Below, piece after piece: positions 50,401 through 55,745 of a stretch of 55,745 nucleotides of DNA. The stretch spans positions 62,001-117,745 of the forward strand of contig CAUYUJ010000138.1 in NCBI GenBank assembly GCA_963575745.1. The letters are read 5' to 3'. Numbering within the stretch: position 1 is the stretch's first letter; every line of letters begins with the position of its first letter. The notes below the pieces were generated by a model that saw only the letters and a list, made by a program, of their open reading frames with translations, was not told the origin of the DNA and did not search any database. The translations under genes were made by a program, and so were the position numbers. This stretch comes from Prorocentrum cordatum (lineage: Eukaryota).

Positions 50401-52477
50401 TCATCATCATCAGCAGCAGCAGCACCATCATCATCATCATCATCGTCATCATCACCATCATGATCATCATCACCACCAGCATCATCATCACCATCATCAT
50501 CAGCATCACCACCACCATCAGCATCATCCTCACCATAATCGTCATCATCATCAGCAGCAGTAGCGACAGCATTATCACCACCATCAACAGCAGCACCATC
50601 ACCAGCAGCAGCATCATCACTAGCTGCATCATAACCATCATCACCACCATCAGCATCAGCAGCAGCATCAGCATCCTCAGCATCAACACCAGCATCAGCA
50701 TCATCAGCATCATCGTCGTCGTCATCATTGTCATCATCAGCAGCAACACCACCATCATCAGCATCATCATCAACATCATCATCCGACTCATCAGCATGCT
50801 CACCACCACAACCACCATCATCACCATCATCATCACCACCGTCATCATGGTTCCTATCATGCTCCTCCCTCCCCTTTCCTCATCATCCTCCCCCTCCTCA
50901 TCCTCGTCAGTATGGTTCGCCTGTTCTGCATCATCCTAAAAATCACCCTCTTCCTCCAATTATCTCCTTCTAACCCCTCCTCAGACGTACCGTCCACATC
51001 TTGTCTCCGCTCTTTCCTTCTCACCTCTTCCTGTATTCCATCCGCATACATGAGAGGGGAAGGAGCAGCGGGAGGAGGGAGAAGAGGAAGGAAAAGGAGA
51101 AGCGTGCAAAACCTGCCGCGCCAGGAAGGACGCCAGATTCATCATCATATCTGGTGGGCCAGTTCCCATTCCCCAAAACTTTCCACCCACACACACAGAC
51201 ACAGAAACACACACACACACACACACTCACACACGCGCGCGCACGAACACACATGCACACACGCACACACTTTTTGCATCGCAGCTACGCGCGCGGAGGC
51301 GCGGCGTAAGGAAGGTTGAGCAAAGAGGGGCGCGCGGGGCGGGATAGATCACGCAACAAGGAGGAGCCAGATCCACCCATGAAAGATCAAAACGGCAGTC
51401 CCAAGGGGCAGTCGCGAGAGGCACACAAACACACACCACATTCACATTCACACATTCACACAGAAACCACACACACTCCCCCTGCTCTCTCCCAGCTCCC
51501 TCCTTTCGACCTCTGCGACGCGGGGTCTGGGGGGGGCGGAGGAGGATGAGAAGGGGAGGAGGAGGAGGGGCATGAGGGGGAGGAGGGGGAGGAGGAGCGA
51601 GGGGTATGAGGAGGATGAGGGGGAGGAGGATGAGGGGTATGAGGAGGATGAGGGAGAGGAGGAGCGGGGGAAGAGCGGAAGGAGGGGCAAGAGGCGCGCA
51701 GGGGCGCCGCGGAGCTCTGCGTGGAGCTCGCGGCGCACGCGCGGGCCCCGGAGGGGGGGCAGACGGACGAATGTTGGCGGAGGCGCTGCGCGGGCAGGCC
51801 AGGGCCTCAGAGCACACGCGCCGCGCGGGGGCGGGCATGGCGAGCGTGCGCTCCAGGCTGGAGGGCGCAAGGGCCCCCTGCCATGACTCGGGGGGGGGGG
51901 GGGCGCCGCGCTCCCTTTCTCTCAACGGGCGAGCCGCGGCGATTGGGGGGGGCTCGGGCGGCAACCAACAAAAGCACAGGAGAAAGGAGGAGGACGGTAG
52001 GAGGAGGAGGAGGAGGAGGAGGAGGAGGAGGAGGAGAGGAGGAGGAGGAAGAGGGGAGGAGGGGGAGGAAGAGGGGGAGGAGGGGCACCAAAACAGCAGG
52101 AGGAGGAGGAGGGAGGAGGAGAGAGGAGGACTAGGGGACGAGGAAGGAGGACGGAGGAAGAGGAGGAGGAGGAGGAGGGGAGGGGAGGAGGAGGAGAAGG
52201 AGGAGAGGAGGATGAGGGGGAGAGGAGGAGGAGGATGTAGGCGGAGAGAAGGAGGAGGAGAGGAGGAGGAGGAGGAGGGAGAAGAGGGAAGAGAGGGAGG
52301 AGGGGGGGAGGGTAAAGAGGGGTAGGGAGACTGCTGCTGACGACGACGACGACAGCGGCGGCGGCGGCCCTCCACGCACGGGGCTCGCCACGGCAGGTCG
52401 AAGGTCCTGGACAGCGAGTCCAGGGTGGACCGCAGCTCCGCGCCTGGGTGGGGCAGGCTTCGCTCCTCGATCTGCAC
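2697..52477 (-). CDS. Multi-exon gene: ABC half-transporter of the ABCD/YddA (COG4178-like) family, ABC_membrane_2 domain plus start of the NBD; incomplete in this window
   Basis: 18 exons join in frame to 663 codons. Family motifs: VALPFW; RQWLLLAL; EWRKDLSQYMLKRY..AYYK; VDNPDQRIQED; KEANYRHSLVHVRDNAESIA; RTP..RTLVENLDL; Walker A GKSGVGKS+SLLRTLAGLW. Donors: 12 GC, 4 GT, 1 GA, 1 uncertain. Every exon starts with G. Confidence 0.92.
2958..2998 (-). CDS. Exon: (R)TLVENLDLKLGGE
   Basis: gcag|GT acceptor, GAG|ga donor, 41 nt; phase fits both neighbours. Confidence 0.88.
3912..4008 (-). CDS. Exon: VDAFASQDKVSRFTTADHEVRISALAVRTPDD
   Basis: aaaag|GTC acceptor, C|gt donor, 97 nt; the L.VRTP motif precedes the NBD. 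Confidence 0.88.
4288..4401 (-). CDS. Exon: VGLNLARVVACFSFINNSSHTMANLASAANRMTGLLRK
   Basis: cccag|GTC acceptor, AAG|gc donor, 114 nt; matches the last TM helix and the A..RL-type segment. Confidence 0.9.
4641..4772 (-). CDS. Exon: EKISWEMAFSSFSFAFTAGGTIVPCVMLAQLFFQMRLDVGVVAQ
   Basis: aacag|GAG acceptor, CAG|gt donor, 132 nt; IVP...A..FF....G.V.Q pattern of the family. Confidence 0.9.
5683..5787 (-). CDS. Exon, EAA-like motif: VHVRDNAESIALLAGDRQVEADVNAFFADLMQARK
   Basis: VHVRDNAESIA motif; AAG|gc donor (an alternative GC donor follows 5692); the acceptor is non-canonical cctg|G. Confidence 0.9.
6344..6466 (-). CDS. Exon: VTMMLVFYTFAGSLVSLWFIRSIAEINYRISSKEANYRHSL
   Basis: ctcag|GTG acceptor, TTG|gt donor, 123 nt; Y...GS and N......EA.YR..L motifs. 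Confidence 0.93.
7484..8860 (+). repeat. GGCCCCAAGA(G)-rich interspersed repeat block, reverse orientation of the family at 24.5-25.2 kb and 38.3-39.2 kb
   Basis: Dozens of GGCCC(C)AAGA motifs; weak outer inverted match AACCCGT..CATGGGGG.AGAAA at 7484-7509 / 8832-8860. Confidence 0.65.
9885..10064 (-). CDS. Exon: AYYKMNSNSGKDNTVDNPDQRIQEDTLTFVTELNNFTFSVISAVVTLVSSSVLIWTVVPQ
   Basis: cacag|GCC acceptor, CAG|gt donor, 180 nt; diagnostic YY...DNPDQRI.ED motif. Confidence 0.96.
10223..10432 (-). CDS. Exon: VGTYLARIQMNNIIALNADSFWHITWTLQLALLVIGCLDAFVGSYVESMLLLEWRKDLSQYMLKRYMGAQ
   Basis: cgaag|GTC acceptor, CAG|gc donor, 210 nt; L.L.WR..L....L..Y motif. Confidence 0.94.
10540..11625. repeat. Degenerate (CAT)n/(CAG)n tract; similar tracts at 30975-31415, 42240-42350 (GAT), 47362-47446 and 50290-50850
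   Basis: Seen directly. Confidence 0.95.
12999..13118. repeat. 11-bp tandem repeat (CGTGTCGAATC)n
   Basis: About 10 degenerate units, seen directly. Confidence 0.8.
17711..18757. mobile_element. Non-autonomous TIR DNA transposon (hAT-like, 8-bp TSD) nested in the LINE
   Basis: 24-bp TIRs GAGAGAGCGTGATCCACCGCCGCT (20/24). TSD GATCCTGA at 17703-17710 and 18758-18765. Subterminal GGTCACTACCGGTTCGA repeats inverted between the arms; (CCCACTGT)n core. Confidence 0.88.
18802..18826 (-). other. Degenerate DinoSL relic
   Basis: Minus strand TCCGTTGCCGCCGTTTTTGGCTCAAG; the 3' TTTTGGCTCAAG and 5' TCCGT match DinoSL. Confidence 0.75.
20875..21047. mobile_element. MITE, Tc1/mariner-like
   Basis: 23-bp TIR CAGTC[A/G]ACCCGCAGAGTA[G/A]GGAT with TA on both sides, 173 bp. 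Confidence 0.85.
21920..21980 (-). CDS. Exon: (R)QWLLLALKMLLLFEGQGVKL
   Basis: aagag|G acceptor, CTG|gc donor, 61 nt; the join gives ungapped family spacing W.LL.L...G......Y..R...FW; flanked by two ~11.4 kb introns. Confidence 0.85.
23196..23769. repeat. (TATG)n microsatellite that flips to (CATA)n near 23700; a second tract lies at 25381-25670
   Basis: Seen directly. Confidence 0.97.
23770..25350 (-). mobile_element. Putative non-autonomous Helitron-like element, copy A (TCTTGGGGCC repeat family)
   Basis: Minus-strand terminus is the hairpin CAAGGTGCATGGCGC-GAA-GCGCCAATGCAGCCTTG followed by (TA)n. Internal ~250-bp duplication (24549-24800 vs 24882-25125). Flanked by TATG microsatellites; no TIR or TSD. 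Confidence 0.5.
25803..27107. mobile_element. Foldback-like element of CCTGGCCAGG-cored repeats
   Basis: Left arm units ..AAACCTGGCCAGGCGTTG.., right arm the reverse complement ..AACGCCTGGCCAGGTTTCGTGAGC; orientation flips near 26300-26350; (TA)n at ~26190-26250. Confidence 0.7.
27996..28190. mobile_element. MITE-like element
   Basis: Imperfect ~40-bp TIRs TCGGG..G.CGA.AG.GGGGGAT..AAAGG.GGGGTT; AACCA(T) direct repeat on both flanks. Confidence 0.55.
28681..28761. mobile_element. 81-bp hairpin MITE
   Basis: TIR AGGAGGCC[A/C]CATGCGAACCC; flanks ATCAGAC / ATCAGAG. Confidence 0.65.
29290..30120. repeat. ~21-bp minisatellite (GCCCTTCGTGGCCCC-GTTGCA / -CTCGCT)
   Basis: Alternating unit variants; source of the GHEG, ATKG and GPRR pseudo-ORFs. 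Confidence 0.92.
30405..30630. repeat. (TTG)n microsatellite
   Basis: Seen directly. Confidence 0.95.
33420..33560 (-). CDS. Exon: (W)CDPDTAAAIDETKFFGNQSLQTIAAIGVALAPTCFLPFQRQLATRK(R)
   Basis: AG|gc donor in phase with the next exon; 5' boundary uncertain because there is no AG at the expected position. Confidence 0.8.
33720..36880 (-). mobile_element. Decayed 5'-truncated LINE (RT, zf-RVT-like region, RNase H)
   Basis: LLP...ERP....VYR.Y.R.R (~36380), SFDTVD (~36170), VLPGCTQ..W.K (~36000), AFADD (~35910), YWTEQRL..AGY....CCRCG (~35060), RNase H DLW..NVIWTKGH (~34500-34560). Confidence 0.82.
37251..37387 (-). CDS. Exon: VALPFWMTTTPASTGAGGAALFCSLLVSTASLNFWLGYAALSLIR
   Basis: ttccag|GTG acceptor, TG|gc donor; the A.P[FY]W motif opens the ABCD/YddA membrane domain. 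Confidence 0.85.
38206..39621 (-). mobile_element. Putative non-autonomous Helitron-like element, copy B
   Basis: Minus-strand terminus GCGCGCGC-GAA-GCGCGCGC..ATGGTT-CTAG|T (hairpin + CTRR|T). Body shares TCTTGGGGCC repeats and the TCAGTTCGTG segment with copy A; TA-rich flanks. Confidence 0.6.
39936..39986 (-). CDS. Exon: VNGYRKLSGRWRSQFVQ
   Basis: ttgcag|GTC acceptor, CAG|gc donor, 51 nt, phase 0; the join gives W..QFVQVALPFW. Confidence 0.8.
40624..40828. mobile_element. MITE built of two hairpin modules
   Basis: TIR AAACGGTGCGGTGAC / GTCACCGCACCGTTT; internal GTGCGGTGAC copies in both orientations. Confidence 0.65.
40944..41048 (-). CDS. Exon, hydrophobic segment: VLALLVLLAAGAVVIPMPSNSKARSAPAAAAAAAQ
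   Basis: ctgcag|GTC acceptor, CAG|gc donor, 105 nt, phase 0. Confidence 0.75.
42733..43017. repeat. ~90-bp tandem repeat, 3-4 degenerate copies
   Basis: GTGTGAGGGGTGTGCCGAAA..GCGGACGCATGCG..GCCTTCGGTGGAGCTCCCCATGG.GCCACGAA units. Confidence 0.88.
43620..45200. repeat. Degenerate C-run/G-run repeat block (CCCCCTAACCTC, AAACCCTC.TTGAGGGGG motifs); related segment at 42400-42640
   Basis: Recurrent motifs at irregular spacing; no coding signal. Confidence 0.6.
46784..46895 (-). CDS. Exon, N-terminal extension: (R)YGLLERSSALVVDRPTLEDKQSEATSLMQLPASGAPQ
   Basis: ccgag|G acceptor, CAG|gc donor, 112 nt; phase compatible on both sides; no homology support. Confidence 0.7.
47936..48100. mobile_element. 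Palindromic MITE
   Basis: Perfect 65-bp inverted arms (47940-48004 / 48032-48096) with nested GATCCTGG(G)CCCAGGATC palindromes; near-TSD GAAAGTTA / GAAAGTAG. Confidence 0.85.
48340..49985 (-). mobile_element. Highly decayed 3' fragment of an RNase H-carrying LINE
   Basis: Fragmentary similarity to the layout of the other LINE 3' ends (LWQRA; DMTWSRKPH....VGN); motifs are eroded. Confidence 0.4.
50147..50247 (-). CDS. Exon, N-terminal extension: AALCGGPRRSFRALAGRGLWRLTVGRAVPLVGP(R)
   Basis: cgcag|GCT acceptor, AG|gc donor, 101 nt; complex island between microsatellites; GCCCGAG|G is shared with the next acceptor. Confidence 0.62.
51806..51877 (-). CDS. Exon, N-terminal extension: GALAPSSLERTLAMPAPARRVCSE
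   Basis: ggcag|GGG acceptor, GAG|gc donor, 72 nt, phase 0. Confidence 0.55.
52370..52477 (-). CDS. Exon, N-terminal extension: VQIEERSLPHPGAELRSTLDSLSRTFDLPWRAPCVE
   Basis: cacag|GTG acceptor, GC3-rich codons; donor uncertain (GAG|gg, TGC|gt and CGA|gc are all phase 0). Confidence 0.6.
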
Positions 52478-53020
52478 CTGTGCCAGGGGGGATGAGGACT
52501 GAGGGAGGATGTGGGAGAAGGAGGAGGAGGCGAAGCAGGAGGAGGAGGAGGAGGAGGAAGAGGAGGAGGAAGAGGAGAGGGGAGGAGGGGGGGGGGGTGG
52601 AGGGGGGGGGGAGGGGGGTAGGAGGGGGGGAGCGGGGAGGGGGAGGAGGGGAGGCGGAGGAGGAGGAGAGGTGGAGGAGGGGAAGAAGACGAGGAGAGGA
52701 AGGAAGGGAAGAGCAGGAGGACGGAGGGGAGGAGGAGGAGGAGGAGGAGGAGGAGGGGAGGAGGAGGAGGAGGAGGAGGAGGGAGGGGAGGAAGGGAGGG
52801 GAGGAGGAGGAGGAGGAGGAGGGGGGGAGGATCAGGAGGAGGAGGAGAGGAGGAGAGGAGGAGAGGGAGGAGGGAGGAGAGACGAGGGAAGGAGGAGGGG
52901 GGGGGGAGGAGGAGAAGGAAGAGGAGGAGGAGGATGAGGGAGGAGGAGGAGGAGGAGGATCTGGAGGAGGATCTGGAGGGCGATGGCCACCCTGTTGCGT
53001 GCGCCTCCCTACCGCAAGGC

Positions 53021-53060
53021 CTCCAAGCTACTGCAACTACTGGGGCCGGAGGCATTGTCC
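53021..53060 (-). CDS. Possible further upstream exon: (R)DNASGPSSCSSLE
   Basis: cggag|G acceptor, GAG|gc donor, ends in phase 0; island of complex sequence within GAG repeats; no homology. Confidence 0.35.
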
Positions 53061-53729
53061 CTCCGGAAGATGAAAGAGATGAGGTTGAGGCGGAGTAGGG
53101 GAAGGAGGAAGAGGGGAATGAGGAGATCCTGCTCCTCCGAAGGAGGGGAAGAAGGGAGAGGGGGGAGGAGGCGGATAAGGAGGAGGAGGAGGCGGAGGAG
53201 GAGGTGGGGGAGGACTAGAAAGAGGAGTAAAAGGAGGAGGAGGAGGAGGACGACGACGACGACGACGACGACGCCGACGCCAACGAAGACAACGACGACG
53301 CCATCGCCGACCATCACGACGAACCGAGGCGCCGGCAGCGACGCCGACGGACGGACTCAGCGCCAACCCGGCGGCGCGCAGAGGCGCCGCGGCGCCGAAG
53401 CGGCGTCGACGAAGGGCGAGCTGGTGGGACCGAGGGGTCCTCCTCCTGCTCCTCCTGCTCTTGCTCCTGCTCCTTCTCCTCCTCCTCCTCCTCCTCCATC
53501 CTCCTCCCTCCTCCCCCTCCTACTCCCCCTCCGCCTCCCCGTCCCGCCTCCCTCTCTCCTGCTCCTCCCCCTCATCATTCTCCCAACCTCGTTTTCCCTC
53601 CCTTCCTCCTCCCTCAAACCTCCTCCTCCACCCAGACCCGCCCCCTCCCCTCCCTCCCCTCCCGTCCTCCTGCCTCTCTCCTCCTCCTCCTCCCTCCTAC
53701 CTCCTCCTCCCGCCCCATCCGCCGCCTAT

Positions 53730-55745
53730 TGACCTGCAACGGAATGTGGTCCCCTGCCCGGAGCCAGGGCCGCTTCCTTCGCATCCTGAAAAAACCTCAC
53801 GAGACAATCTTATCTCGTGGGAGGCCGCATCGGGTAGCAACCTGCGTTCTTTGATGAGCAAGTTGTCCCGTCGGCCATTCAAGTATCCCTTTGGGTTTCA
53901 GTCCCTGCAACAACCTACGAGACGTTTTGATCCCCGTGCTTGTCGGCTTCTCACAAGGACTGGCCAGCTTTGGAACCTTCGAGGCGGCCCACCCCCCGCA
54001 CTTGGCACAAAACATCACCCCTTTGACCATGCACATATTGGGGTGGTGGGAGGGGTGGACGTCAAAAATATACTTCCTGGGCAGGCAAACTTGTGAAACC
54101 CACCCTGGAGACGGCTTGCCAGAGAAAACAGCGCAACGCGTACATCTAACTGACTCGTCTACTGGATCCCTTACAATGCAATGCGGGCTCATTTCAGACT
54201 CTCGAAGACGACGTGTTCGTGCACTCTTAGGTATTTTCTGCCGCTTCAGGTTCGGGCCATATTTCCAATTAAGATGTTGGACGCATGCGAGTCGGGATCT
54301 GGTCAGCTGCATCTCCTCATCCCTGGCCTTCACCTCCCTGACCTCCTCCTCCTCCGGAAATGCGAAAAACTCTGCCGCCCTGCGCGCAACGGCGTCGGCG
54401 GCGGCACTGGCAATGTAGAAGTCTGCGCGCGCGGTGCCGTCGGCGATGTCTGACGGGGCGGCATGGGCCTTGGTCTTCTTAAAGACGGCGTGGCTGGTCC
54501 TATGACGGTATACCTGCCACAAGAGGGACCACAAATCAGAGTTAGTTCTGTGTTTCCAGTTCTCACCCCGTCGGACCCCTTTCATGATGTAGTCGCTATC
54601 CGTGACGACGACGATTGGCCCATCTAGGGCCAAAGCATATATAGCCGCATTGAGCTCCCCTCAATTGACTGTCTGGGCTCCTTGGGTAAGTCCATAGAAA
54701 GTCCCCGGAGCCCATTGGTCCCTGCCCATCAAGACGAGGTCCCATCCTACTCTTCGAAGGCGAGGATCGGCGGAATGTTGTCCTCCCGAGCCGTCCGTGC
54801 CGACAAGCCGCGTCTCGGTGAAGGTGAAACGCCCCGTGTAGAGGCATCCCGTACCATATACCTGAGAGTTGACGGGTCTGGAACTGAGGAAGCCTACCGT
54901 CTGGTCCTGCGGCTGTAGTCCTCGAAGCCACTTAATGGGACATGTATTTCTTTCGGCCCTGGCCCTCGGGAGGAGGCGTTGGGAGCCCCGAGTCTCGTCA
55001 TGTTCTAATGATATAGATATGAGGGCTGGGCAATTCCAATAGGCGTGAAAAGCTCCCTCCACTGGGGCTCCGCATCGCCAGCATTCGGGGGGGGGCCTTT
55101 CATTCCAACGTTGAATCTCCTAGCTCCATACCAGATGCACCCCTTGGCAACAGCATACGCAGCAGCAACTAAAAGTTTGGATTTCTTCCTCCATCCTCCC
55201 ACATGGTGTCGAAACTGGTGGATGTCAACTCCTCCTTCCCCCCCTCCTCCACAATAGAACTCGGCCGCCTGCCCCCAGTACTTGCGGGTGACGCAGGCAG
55301 AGAAGGCGGCGGGCATTGAGGACTGATCATCCTCGACACCTGGCTTGACGAAATACTGCTGTCCGAACGGGCTGATCCACCTCCATGGATCTGAGACCTC
55401 CCAGCGGAAGTCCAAAAGGTAGGCGAGGACGGACGACGGGAGGCTGCATACCTTGTTCCATCTACCTGGTGCTTGGAGCCGGGCAAGGGTCCTGGGCCAA
55501 GTTTTTCCCATCCCAATGTGTAGGTGCTCCTCCTGGTTCAGTATGGTGGTTCAATATGGAAAAACCCGAGCTCCAGACATCCCAAGGGAACATAATATCC
55601 TGGATCGGTAACCAAGCTGCCCTTCGTGGAGAGGGCGTAAGCGGTAGTAGCACAGCCAGATTTACTGATGAGCCCCATAGCAGTAGCCAGTCGCCCCCTG
55701 AGGAGCTCGAGGGCTGTGGGGGCCACTCCGTGCCCTTGGAAGCCC
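53730..55745 (-). mobile_element. 3' part of a LINE with RNase H, continuing beyond the window
   Basis: FHAYWNCP, GTDGSGG, QTVN*GEL, VVTDSDY, NSDLW, KTKAH, AADAVARRAA, C-terminal CTRC and CAKCG; has a stop and frameshifts. Confidence 0.9.

Larger units (their letters stand above)
51985..53250. repeat. (GAG)n/polypurine tracts around the upstream exons; similar tracts occur throughout the window (e.g. 1773-1850, 3700-3900, 46935-47800)
   Basis: Seen directly. Confidence 0.93.

Noticed and set aside
53310..53430. Possible first exon (..RRRRFGAAAPLRAAGLALSPSVGVAAGASVR)
   Set aside because: No ATG or AG|G start and no in-phase donor found; left uncalled.

Overview
Eukaryotic, GC-rich, microsatellite-saturated DNA from a dinoflagellate. 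The evidence is a perfect 22-nt DinoSL spliced-leader copy, GC/GT/GA donors and AG|G acceptors. A Prorocentrum-like genome is my inference from the GC content and long introns. Almost all long ORFs in the supplied track are artefacts of simple repeats. The real coding content is one minus-strand gene reconstructed by hand: 18 exons plus 1 possible extra, 1,989 nt / 663 codons spread over ~50 kb (52477->2697). It encodes an ABCD/YddA-type (COG4178-like) ABC half-transporter with an N-terminal extension; it reaches Walker A and presumably continues beyond the left edge. Its introns hold four decayed LINEs (all co-oriented with the gene, one apparently capped by a spliced-leader relic), several MITEs and foldbacks, and two related Helitron-like elements ending in a GCGAAGC mini-hairpin. 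The most unusual signals are at the splice junctions. Many introns are bracketed by 8-16 nt direct repeats whose mismatches are often synonymous. A 40-nt copy of an exon end sits deep inside an intron. Two introns have no AG acceptor where the protein requires one. No rRNA, tRNA or CRISPR array was seen. All homology statements come from motif recognition, not database searches.
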